Positions 55,194 to 64,000 of a stretch of DNA of 64,000 nucleotides are shown here, piece by piece; within the stretch, counting starts at the first letter, position 1, and each line of letters opens with the position of its first letter. The notes under the pieces are model-generated. The model had not been told where the DNA came from. It was given only the letters and a program-made list of their open reading frames with translations, and ran no database searches. The DNA comes from an uncultured Acidobacteriota bacterium. GTDB taxonomy: Bacteria > Acidobacteriota > Vicinamibacteria > Fen-336. The position numbers were made by a program, and so were the translations under genes. The DNA lies in contig OY970399.1 in assembly GCA_963720545.1 (NCBI GenBank), forward strand, positions 512,001 to 576,000, given 5' to 3'.

Positions 55194-56378
55194 TCAGACG
55201 GGACGCGGGCGGGCTTCGCCGGACACCAGGAACTCGAACGGATCTCCCGGTGCCGTGTAGGCCGAGGCATGCACCAGCTGCGCGCGCTTGCCCGGCGCGA
55301 TGGTGCCGAGATCGTCGAGGCCGAGGGCGCTGGCGCCGGCCACGGTGGCCATGCGGACCAGCGTCTCGGCGCCGAGCGTCGGCACCGCGCGGCGCAGCGC
55401 GCCGATGTCGTCCATCAGGTCGAGTGTCGGCACGCTCGCGAGGCTGTCGGTGCCGATGCAGACGTTGATGCCGGCATCCACCATCTTCTGCACCGGCGGC
55501 AGCCCCACCTTGAGGTTGCGGTTGCTGCGCGGGCAAACCGCGATCGACACGCCCGACGCCGCAAGGTCCGCGACGTCGTCGTCGTCGGCCTGCGTGCAGT
55601 GCGCGGCGATCAGCTTCGGCCGCAGCACGCCGATCGAACGCAGGTACGCGACGGGGCTGATGCCGGGCGCCTGGAACGGCACCGGGCCGACGCGCCGCTT
55701 GAGGAAGTCGGACCAGTCGCCGTTGCCGGTCATGAAGAAGCGCATCTCGGCGGGCGATTCGGCGAGGTGAATGGTCGCCGGCGCACCCTGCGCCGACATC
55801 AGCGTGAACAGGTCGCGCGACACCGAGTGCGGCGCGTGCGCGCCCATCATCACGCGCACGTCGCTCTCGCCAAGCTCGGGGTCGAGCTGCGCCAGCCGTG
55901 CCAACGCCTTGTCGAGGACCGTCTTTGCCTGCGCCGGGTCCCAGCCGATCAGTTCGTAGAAGACGACCGCGTGCAGCGGCGAGTTGGCCAGCAGGTCGAG
56001 GTGCGCGAGCGTGTTGGAGATGTCGCCGACGGCGACCGTACCCGTCGTCTCCAGCGCGCGCAGCGCGTCCTGGACCTTGAGCCGCACCACCTGGGCGTTC
56101 TCGTCGCGGCGCGCGTCGATCAGGTTCTGCACCCACGGCACGAAGCCGAGCGAAAAATCGATGCGGTGGCGCAGGTGCGACAGCTCGATGTGGCAATGGG
56201 CGTTCACGAGACCGGGCAGGAGGACGCCTGGACCGAGACGGCGCACGGGTCCCTGCGGCTCCCCCGCCTCGCCGGCGAGGCCGACCCAGACCACGCGACC
56301 GTCCTGGACCGCCACCCGCCCGTTCGGCAAGGGCGGCCGATCCATCGGCACCACCCAGGACGACGTCAGTATCTGCAC
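55194..56378 (-). CDS. Amidohydrolase, probable aminodeoxyfutalosine deaminase
   Basis: PGL.NAH.H.E, H.AES, CPRSN, GTDS; sits inside the mqn cluster, and the function is inferred from that context. Confidence 0.72.
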   Translation of the reverse strand: MQILTSSWVVPMDRPPLPNGRVAVQDGRVVWVGLAGEAGEPQGPVRRLGPGVLLPGLVNAHCHIELSHLRHRIDFSLGFVPWVQNLIDARRDENAQVVRLKVQDALRALETTGTVAVGDISNTLAHLDLLANSPLHAVVFYELIGWDPAQAKTVLDKALARLAQLDPELGESDVRVMMGAHAPHSVSRDLFTLMSAQGAPATIHLAESPAEMRFFMTGNGDWSDFLKRRVGPVPFQAPGISPVAYLRSIGVLRPKLIAAHCTQADDDDVADLAASGVSIAVCPRSNRNLKVGLPPVQKMVDAGINVCIGTDSLASVPTLDLMDDIGALRRAVPTLGAETLVRMATVAGASALGLDDLGTIAPGKRAQLVHASAYTAPGDPFEFLVSGEARPRPV

Positions 56379-56454
56379 CGTCTCGAATGATAACGCTTCG
56401 AGCCGCGAACCGCGGCGCTATACTGGCGCGATTTCATCCATTGGAGGGCGAACA

Positions 56455-57402
56455 ATGTCAGCGTTCCGAGGCGTCTGGGCGGGCGCGGTGGTGGTGGCGT
56501 CAGCGGCCGCGTTTTTCACCTTGTCGCAGCCGGCTGCGGCGCAGGACTGGAAAGGCATGGGCCGCATCGAGGGCCGTGTCGTCGACGCCGACGGCAAGCC
56601 GGTCGTCGGCGCGGACCTGAAGCTCGAGCTCGTCGGCCGCGGCGCGGGCGCAACCGCGAAGACCGACAAGAACGGCCGCTGGGCGCTGGGCGGCATCGCC
56701 GCCGGCCGCTGGAACATCGACATCTCGGCGCCCGGATACAAGACCAGCAAGACCTACCTCGACCTGCACTCGGAAACGGAGCGGCCCAAGCCCCCGGTGA
56801 CCGTCCTCGAGAAGGACACTCCCACCGGACCGCCGCCGGAAGTGCTCGCTGCAGTGAAGGCGGGTGACGAAGCGTTCGCAGCCGGCAAGTTCCCCGAAGC
56901 GCGCGCCGAATACGAGAAGCTCCTCGCCATGCGCCCCGACCTCGCCGACACCCTGCACCTGCAGATCGCGCGCTGCTACGACCAGGAAGGCAATTTCCCG
57001 AAGGAGCTCGAACACCTCAAGGCGCTCATCGAGATCGACCCGACCAACAACAACTTCCGCTTCCTCGCCGGCCAGGTCGCGATCAAGTCGGGCCAGGTGG
57101 ACGACGGCCTCACGTTCCTGAAGGGCGTCAACGACTCGGGCGTCACCGACCCCAACGTCTTCTTCAACGTGGCTGTGCTGTTGCTGAATGCCGGGCGCAG
57201 CGACGACGCGGTCGTCTACCTCACCAAGAGCATCACCCTCGACCCCAACTACGCCGACGGCTACTTCCAGCGGGGCCTCGCCTACATCGGCGCCGGCAAA
57301 ACGGCCGAAGCCCGCGCCGACCTGGAAAAATTCATCGCCCTCGCCCCCGCCGACTCGCGAGCCGACATGGCGAAGAAAGCTTTGGAGCAACTGCCGAAGT
57401 GA
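56455..57402 (+). CDS. Secreted carboxypeptidase-regulatory-like domain + TPR protein
   Basis: GGAG RBS and ATG at 56455, signal peptide, G.V.D..G.P..GA, TD..G, several TPR repeats. Confidence 0.85.
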   Translation: MSAFRGVWAGAVVVASAAAFFTLSQPAAAQDWKGMGRIEGRVVDADGKPVVGADLKLELVGRGAGATAKTDKNGRWALGGIAAGRWNIDISAPGYKTSKTYLDLHSETERPKPPVTVLEKDTPTGPPPEVLAAVKAGDEAFAAGKFPEARAEYEKLLAMRPDLADTLHLQIARCYDQEGNFPKELEHLKALIEIDPTNNNFRFLAGQVAIKSGQVDDGLTFLKGVNDSGVTDPNVFFNVAVLLLNAGRSDDAVVYLTKSITLDPNYADGYFQRGLAYIGAGKTAEARADLEKFIALAPADSRADMAKKALEQLPK

Positions 57403-57507
57403 AGCGCATCGGGATTGTTCAGCGGCAGTAGGAGTGTTGCGAGGAGACTCTTCGCGCTCTGCCGACGACATGGAGCGCTCAGAGAAACGGGCCGGGAGGC
57501 GGCGGGG

Positions 57508-58653
57508 CTACTGGATGACGGGGAGTTCGACGCGGACGCCGGGGGCGAGGGTCTTCTGCTTCACCGGCGGGGCAGTCCAGCAGTAGGGGTCGCCGACGAT
57601 TTCGTAGTTCATGGTGCGGCGCTTGGGGACGAAGCCGGCCACCTGGATGTTGCGGGCGATCTCGGCTTCGGTGAGGCGGAAGTGGGCGCCGGCGGCCGAG
57701 ACCACGTTCTCCTCGATCATCAGGCTGCCGAAGTCGTTCGCGCCGAAGCGCAGCGAGATCTGGCCGATCTTGCCGCCCTGGGTCACCCACGAAGCCTGCA
57801 CGTTCTCGAAATTGTCGAGCATCACCCGCGCGACCGCGAGGGTGCGCAGGTACTGGAACGAAGTGAGCTCGTCGCCGGCGATCGCGGTGTTGGAGGGCTG
57901 GAAGGTCCAGGCGATGAACGCGGTGAAGCCGCCGGTTTTGTCCTGCAGCTCGCGCAGGCGGATGAGGTGTTCGATGCGCTCCTCGAGCGTCTCGACGTGG
58001 CCGAACATCATGGTGGCGGTGGTGCGCAGGCCTTGTGCGTGGGCCACTTCCATCACTTCGAGCCAGTCGGCGGTGGTGCCTTTCGCGATGCCGATCACCC
58101 CGCGCACGCGATCGGAGAGGATCTCGGCGCCGCCGCCGGGGATTGAGTCGAGGCCCGCGCCGATCAGGCGCCGGACGGTCTCGCCGGTCGAGAGGTTCGA
58201 CACCTTGTTGATGTGCTTCACCTCGGTTGGCGACAGGCCGTGGATCCAAAGCTGCGGGTACTTGCCCTTCATCCAGGCGAAGAGCTCCTCGTAGAACTCG
58301 ATACCGAGGTCGGGGTGCAGGCCGCCCTGCAGCAGGATCTGCCGGCCGCCGAGCGCGATCGTTTCCTCGATCTTCTCGCTCAGCTGCTCCTTCGTCAGCA
58401 AATAGCCTTCCTTGTCGGGAAGGTCGCGGTAGAAGGCACAGAACGAGCACTGCGCGGTGCACACGTTCGTGTAGTTGATGTTGCGGTCGATGATGTAGGT
58501 GACGCGGCCTTCGGGGTGCAGCCGCTCGCGCACCGAGTCGGCCAGCTGGCCGAGCGACAGCAGGTCGGCGTCGCGCAGCAGCTCGAGCCCTTCGGCGGCG
58601 CTCAGCCGCTCCCCCGTGTGGACTCTCGCCGCTATCGCCTCAAAGCTCGCCAT
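57508..58653 (-). CDS. mqnC: Cyclic dehypoxanthinyl futalosine synthase (radical SAM)
   Basis: DRNINYTNVC...C.FCAF, LLQGG.HP, PGGGAEIL, QASW.TQG, GAND.GS.M.EENVV..AG. Confidence 0.94.
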   Translation of the reverse strand: MASFEAIAARVHTGERLSAAEGLELLRDADLLSLGQLADSVRERLHPEGRVTYIIDRNINYTNVCTAQCSFCAFYRDLPDKEGYLLTKEQLSEKIEETIALGGRQILLQGGLHPDLGIEFYEELFAWMKGKYPQLWIHGLSPTEVKHINKVSNLSTGETVRRLIGAGLDSIPGGGAEILSDRVRGVIGIAKGTTADWLEVMEVAHAQGLRTTATMMFGHVETLEERIEHLIRLRELQDKTGGFTAFIAWTFQPSNTAIAGDELTSFQYLRTLAVARVMLDNFENVQASWVTQGGKIGQISLRFGANDFGSLMIEENVVSAAGAHFRLTEAEIARNIQVAGFVPKRRTMNYEIVGDPYCWTAPPVKQKTLAPGVRVELPVIQ

Positions 58654-59429
58654 AGAACCTCAGGGGCGGTACTTGCCGAATGACGCCCACGGCCCGCGCC
58701 CGCCCGTAAAACTCCAAAAGCCCCGCGTACTCTTCGTCCCCGAGGCGGAACCTGATGTTGTCCCGCAGGTAGGCTTCCTTCACCTTCGCCTCGAGCCCGG
58801 CCATGCCATTGTATCGCGCGGCTATGGCGGGAATCTCCACCAGGCCTCGCGCAGCGGCGCCGCCGAGGCCGGCCAGTTGGCCGCCGGTCACGGCCCCCGG
58901 GCGGCCCGCCCAGAAGGCGTAGACGAAAGGCAGGCCAGTCAGCTCTTTCCAGGCGCTGCCGAAGTCGAGGACCTCGGCATCGCCACGGTACGCGAGAGCG
59001 GTGTCGCCGATGACGAGCGCCGCGTCGGCTCGTTGCAGCATGGCGTCCACATCCGGCGCGACGGTGACCGTGTCGGTAGGCCGTGACGCCCTTCGCGGCG
59101 AGCAGCACGCGCAGCAGCGCGACGCTCGTGCGGCTCGAGATGTCGAGCGCGACGCTGCGAATCGAGGTGACCGGCCGGCGGTGGTAGAGGCACACCGAAC
59201 GCACGGCGCCGCGGCTTGCGATGCCGATGCCCTTGACGATGGCGTAGTCGCCATTCGCGTATTCGATCGACGGGATCGTGCCGAGGTCGATGGTCCCGCC
59301 GTGCAGCGCGTCGGCGATCCGCGAAGGGATCTCGCGCACCAGCTCGAAGCGGGTGTCGGTGTCGAGGCCGGCGAGGAGGGGTTCGACGTTGAGGTACGAG
59401 ACGGCCCCCAGCCGGACGACGCCGCTCAC
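58640..59429 (-). CDS. mqnA: Chorismate dehydratase MqnA, interrupted by a frameshift near 59080
   Basis: N-half R.G.VSYLN..PL...G.V.SV...SRTSV.L is in one frame; C-half L.IGD.AL...D....W...TGLPFV.A.W is in another. Confidence 0.85.
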
Positions 59430-60536
59430 CACTCCTTGACGATGTTGAAAACGGTGTCGCGCTCGACGGGACGGCGGCCCGCCTCGCGAATCAGCCGGCA
59501 CAGCTCGTGGACCGTCAGCATCTGCGCCGTCGGCGCACCGGCGTCGTGCGCGATCTTCTCTTCCGTCACCGTGCCGTCGAGGTCGTCGGCGCCGAACGAC
59601 AGGCCCACCTGCGCGAGGCGCGGGCCGATCATGATCCAGTAACGACTTGATGTGCGGGATGTTGTCGAGCATCAGGCGGCCGACGGCTATCGCCTTCAGG
59701 TCGTCGAAGCCGGTCGTCTCCGGCGCCTTCACGGCGGGGGCTTCCCACGGCTGGAACGCGAGCGGGATGAAGGTGACGAAGCCGCCGGTCTCGTCCTGCA
59801 GCGCGCGCAGCTTCACCAGGTGGTCGACGCGGTCCTCGACCGACTCGATGTGGCCGTAGAGCATCGTGCAATTGGTCGGGATGCCGAGTTGGTGCGCGGT
59901 GCGGTGCACGTCCAGCCACTGCTCGGCGTCGGCCTTGCCCTTCACGATCTTGTTGCGCGTTTCCTTCGCGAAGATCTCGGCGCCGCCGCCGGGCATCGAG
60001 TCGAGTCCGGCCGCGTGCAGCTCGGTGAGGACGTCCTTGACCGGTTTCCGGTAGAGGCGATGGAAGAAAAAGATCTCGACCGCCGTGAACGCCTTGACGT
60101 GGATCTGCGGGCGGATCTTCTTGATGCCGCGCATCATGTCGAGGTGGTAGTCCCAGGTGAGCCCGTTGTGCAGGCCGCCAACGATGTGCACTTCCTTCAC
60201 CGGCGCCGGCAGCTTGTCCACGGTCGCGAAGATCTCGTCGAGCGACATGGAATAGGCGCGCGGGTCGTCCTTCGGGGTTGCGGAGAAGGCGCAGAAGTCG
60301 CAGGTGGCGACGCACACGTTGGTGTGGTTGATGTGGGTATTCCACACGAAGTAGCCGACGTCGCCGTGGCGCTTCTCGCGCACGTGGTTCGCGAGCGCCC
60401 CCAGGCCGAGCAGGTCGTGGGTGTTGTAGAGGGCGACCCCGTCCTCGAAGGTGAGGCGCCGGCCGAGGAGCACCTTCTCCCGGATGGGCTCCAAACCCTT
60501 GTCGCGCAGTGTGCTCTCCGCTAGCGTAAGGCTCAT
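59426..60536 (-). CDS. mqnE: Aminofutalosine synthase MqnE (radical SAM), interrupted by a frameshift near 59641
   Basis: GGAGA RBS and ATG at 60536; N.TNVC...C.FC.F, E.HIVGG, H.KAFTAVEI, PGGGAEIF; continues YWIM...FGADD.DGT..EE.I.H.AGA after one extra T. Confidence 0.9.
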
Positions 60537-60561
60537 GTTTCTCCGTAACTTGGCGAGATAG

Positions 60562-62377
60562 ATTATCACTGCGGACCGCTTCACCGACCTGCGGTCGTTC
60601 CTCGACGCGCTGCGTGCCGACGGGGATCTGGCGGTGGTCGAAGCACCGGTCGACCCACGCCTGGAGGCGGCCGAAATCCACCGCCGCGTGATCGCCGCAG
60701 GCGGGCCAGCGCTGCTCTTCACGAACCCGAAGGGCGCCGACTTTCCGCTGGTTACGAACCTGTTCGGCACCGCGCGGCGCGCGGAGCGTGCGTTCGGGCG
60801 CAACGCCGCGCCGTTCATCAAGCGCGCGGTGGAGCTGGCGCAGACGGCGCTGCCGCCGACGGCGGCGAAGCTGTGGAGCGCGCGCGATGTGCTGAAGGGC
60901 GCGGCGCGCATCGGAATGAAGCGGCGCCGCGCCGGAGCGGTGATTGAGAAGTGGGCGGAGACGCCGCGGCTCGACCGGTTGCCGGTGCTCACCTGCTGGC
61001 CTGAAGACGGGGGTCCCTTCGTCACGCTGCCCCTCGTCCTCACAGCGCATCCCGACGGCCACGGCACGAACCTCGGCATGTACCGGCTGCAGGTGCACTC
61101 GCCGTCCGTGACCGGCATGCACTGGCAGATCGGCAAGGGCGGCGGCTTCCACTACGCCGTCGCGGAAGCGCGCGGCGAGGCGCTGCCGGCCACCGTGTTC
61201 CTCGGCGGTCCGCCGGCGCTGATCCTGGCGGCGATCGCGCCATTGCCCGAGAACGTGCCCGAGCTGATGCTCGCGTCACTCATCGCCGGCGAGAAGCTCG
61301 AGACGATCGCCGGCCACGGGCCGCACCCGCTCATCGCCAATGCCGAGTTTGCGCTGATCGGCTCGGTGCCGCCGCGCGTGCGCCGGCCCGAGGGCCCGTT
61401 CGGCGACCACTACGGCTACTACTCGCTGCAGCACGACTACCCCGTCTTCAACCTCAGCCGCATCGCGCATCGCAAGGACGCGATCTATCCGGCGACCGTC
61501 GTCGGCAAGCCGCGGCAGGAAGACTTCTTCATCGGCGACCTGCTGCAGGAGCTGCTGTCGCCGCTCTTCCCGCTGGTGATGCCCGGCGTCCTCTCGCTGT
61601 GGTCGTACGGCGAGACCGGCTACCACTCGCTCGCCGCGGCGGTGGTGCGCGAACGCTACCGGCGCGAGGCGATGGCGAGCGCCTTCCGCATCCTCGGCGA
61701 AGGCCAGCTGTCGCTCACCAAGTTCCTGCTGGTCACCGACCGCAGCGTGAACCTGAAGGACTTCCCCGCAACGCTCGACCCACATCCTGGAGCGCACGCA
61801 GCCGCAGACCGACCTCTACTTGTTCTCGAACCTGTCGATGGACACGCTCGACTACACCGGCCCACGGGTGAACGAGGGTTCGAAGGGCGTGTGGCTCGGC
61901 CTCGGCGATCCGGTGCGCCAGCTGCCGCGCGCGTTCTCTCCGTCTGCCGACGTGCCGCGCGGCTTCCGCGACGTGCGAGTGTTCTCTCCCGGCTGCCTCG
62001 TCGTGGGCGGCCCGCCGCACGCGGAGGAAGAGGGGGCCGCGCAGCGGCTGGCCGAGTCGCAGGCTTTGGACGGCTGGCAACTCGTGGTCCTCACCGACGA
62101 ACCGGCGCGAGCGGCGAAGAGCGCGATGAACTTCCTTTGGACCACCTTCACGCGCTTCGAACCCGCCCGCGACGTCCACGCCCGCAGCCGGACGCTGGCC
62201 GGCACTCACGTCAGTTTCGAGTTCCCCATCGTCATCGACGCCCGTCTCAAGCCCGGTTTCCCGGCCGAACTCTTCTGCAATCCGGACACGGCCCGCACGG
62301 TCAGTGACCGGTGGCTTGAATATTTCCCGGCAAAAAACGTTTCAATGGGTGACTCGGACGCAGCCCATCTCGACTGA
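60562..62377 (+). CDS. UbiD-family decarboxylase (MqnL-like), frameshift near 61780, start codon unclear
   Basis: F.DLR.FL..L...GDL, GGPALLF, N.FG, N.GMYR.Q, EGPFGDH.GYY; continues DTLDY in the second frame. Confidence 0.88.
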
Positions 62378-62485
62378 CATCCGGACAAATGTCAGGAAAT
62401 GTTAAATGGACAGAAAACCCTTGTCTTGATTGGAGTTACGGCTAGACTCCCCCGGGTTCGGCGGTCGTAAACCCCAGACAAAATC

Positions 62486-63703
62486 ATGATCAGAAAGCGC
62501 AGCGCCATCGGGGCGCTTACCGGCCTTTTGTTGTTTCCCACCGGCAAGGTGGGGAATGTGGATCTCCCGGTCCCGGCAGCCGCGCTGCCGATCGCCGCGC
62601 TGAACGTCGTGGCAGGCGTCATCCCCCGCAACTCCACCTTGTCGGCGGCGCTGCAGCCGGCCCTCGAACCGGGCGACATCCACCGCCTCGTGGACGTCGC
62701 CCGGCCGGTCTACGACCTCGCGCGCGTCTCCGTCGGCCACCCGTTTCGCGTCGCGACCGACGCAGAAGGCATCTTCCGCGCGTTCAGCTACGCGATCGAC
62801 GAACTGAAGACGCTGCGCGTGCAGGAAGCGCAGGGCGAACTGCACGCGGAGATCGTCAGCCGCGACTACGAGAAGGCCACGAGCGTCGTCTCGGGCACCA
62901 TCGACTCCAGCCTGTTCCTGGCCGTGAGCCGCGCCGGCGAAGAAGACCAGCTCGCCGTCGACCTTGCCGACATCTTCGCCTGGGACGTCGACTTCAACAC
63001 CGAGATCCAGGCGGGCGACTCGTTCCGCGTCGCCGTGGAGAAGCTGACGCTCGACGGCGAGTTCAAGCGCTACGGGCGCATCCTTTCGGCCGAGTTCGTG
63101 CGCGGCACGCGGGTGCTGTCCGCGGTGAGCTTCGGCGACGACAACGCCGGTGCCACGCCTTCCTACTACTCCGCCGACGGCAAGCCGCTGCGCAAGGCGT
63201 TCCTGCGCTCGCCACTCAAGTTCACGCGCATCTCGTCGGGCTTCGGCTCACGCATGCACCCGATCCTCGGCTACCGCCGGGCGCATCCGGCCGTCGACTT
63301 CGCGGCGCCCACCGGCACGCCGGTGATGGCGGCCGGCAACGGCGTCGTGCTGCTCGCCGGCCGCAGCGGCGGGCTGGGCAATGCCGTGCGCATCCGCCAC
63401 CCCAACGGTTACGAGACGATCTACGGCCACCTCTCGCGCATCTTCGTGCGCCAGGGAGATCACGTGTCGCAGGGCGAGCGCATCGGCGCCGTCGGCCAGA
63501 CCGGCCTCGCCACCGGCCCGCACCTCGACTACCGCATGGTGAGCCGCGGGGTCTACCTCAACCCGCTGCGCGTGGTGCTGCCGTCGGCCGAACCGATCCC
63601 CGACGTGGAGCGGGCCCGTTTCGACGCGGTGGCGCGCGAGCGCATGGCGCTCCTCGACGGAGCCAGCGCCGGCGCCGCCGCTTCGCACATCGCCGCCCGC
63701 TAG
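62486..63703 (+). CDS. M23-family peptidoglycan DD-endopeptidase (MepM-like)
   Basis: IF.WD.DF...I..GD.F, FLRSPL.F.RISS.F..R.HP, H..VD.AAP.GTP, TGPHLDY. Confidence 0.9.
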   Translation: MIRKRSAIGALTGLLLFPTGKVGNVDLPVPAAALPIAALNVVAGVIPRNSTLSAALQPALEPGDIHRLVDVARPVYDLARVSVGHPFRVATDAEGIFRAFSYAIDELKTLRVQEAQGELHAEIVSRDYEKATSVVSGTIDSSLFLAVSRAGEEDQLAVDLADIFAWDVDFNTEIQAGDSFRVAVEKLTLDGEFKRYGRILSAEFVRGTRVLSAVSFGDDNAGATPSYYSADGKPLRKAFLRSPLKFTRISSGFGSRMHPILGYRRAHPAVDFAAPTGTPVMAAGNGVVLLAGRSGGLGNAVRIRHPNGYETIYGHLSRIFVRQGDHVSQGERIGAVGQTGLATGPHLDYRMVSRGVYLNPLRVVLPSAEPIPDVERARFDAVARERMALLDGASAGAAASHIAAR

Positions 63704-63721
63704 TTAGACTGCCGGCCGCAC

Positions 63722-64000
63722 ATGGCCCACACCATCCTGCGCCTGCTCGTCGTGTTCGTGCCGATCACCATCTGGCTCGGCGTGAGCCACGCCTCGCCGT
63801 CGGCGATCTTCATCTGCGCCTGCCTTGCGATCCTGCCGCTCGCCGGCCTGATGGGCGAAGCCACCGAGAACCTGACGCACCACACCGGCCCGGGCATCGG
63901 CGGGCTGCTGAACGCCACCTTCGGCAACGCCGCCGAGCTGATCATCGCCTTCATGGCGCTGCGCGCCGGCGAGGTCGAGATCGTCAAGGCCTCCCTCACC
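63722..64000 (+). CDS. cax: Calcium/proton exchanger (CaCA family), partial
   Basis: Read manually from ATG 63722: ...AI.PLA.LMG.ATE.L....[18 protein letters not shown].....G...VKASL; runs off the window. Confidence 0.88.
   Translation, partial: MAHTILRLLVVFVPITIWLGVSHASPSAIFICACLAILPLAGLMGEATENLTHHTGPGIGGLLNATFGNAAELIIAFMALRAGEVEIVKASLT

Noticed and set aside
57403..57507. Imperfect hairpin between the convergent TPR gene and mqnC
   Set aside because: It has no U-tract, no second copy in the window and no recognisable ncRNA features; at most a weak terminator or stabiliser.
58632..61136. Apparent 834-aa MqnE-MqnA fusion in the ORF track
   Set aside because: It is an artefact of the frameshift near 59641. 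The true MqnE C-terminus and stop (59426) are in another frame and overlap the mqnA GTG.
59075..61785. Programmed ribosomal frameshifting in the mqn genes
   Set aside because: There are no slippery heptamers or evident stimulators, and the clustering in short homopolymers fits sequencing error better.
63510..63535. M23 HxH motif reading HLD in the MepM-like protein
   Set aside because: GPHLDY/F is, to my knowledge, a common variant in this subfamily and not evidence of inactivation.

Overview
A gene-dense, very GC-rich bacterial chromosomal window. The gene repertoire (Oar-type TonB receptor, TLPSH sulfatase-TPR proteins, TPR-secretin, futalosine pathway) suggests Acidobacteriota, which is an inference. 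I found no rRNA, tRNA, CRISPR array, transposase or phage module. From left to right it holds: periplasmic and catabolic genes (DUF4331 start, GGT, ornithine cyclodeaminase family, DUF885, amidohydrolases); a sigma54-type TonB-dependent receptor downstream of two sulfatase-like TPR proteins; a Ser/Thr kinase-J-domain-TPR fusion; a peptidoglycan-recycling cluster (GHL10, GH3-beta-lactamase fusion, NamZ, sodium:solute symporter); lolA-secretin; a 2-oxoacid dehydrogenase operon with lipB; and a roughly 19 kb block with an eight-gene heme operon (hemA-C-D-B-L-E-N-G) and futalosine-pathway menaquinone genes, three of which carry single-base frameshifts that are probably sequencing errors. The best candidate for a new system lies directly upstream of hemA. 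There, a 161-aa four-TM membrane protein with intramembrane histidines ends in an arrest-peptide-like LFSRPPPF motif. Its last codons can base-pair with the hemA ribosome-binding region and close a three-hairpin junction. This architecture is what a heme-responsive ribosome-stalling attenuator would look like, but the function is untested.
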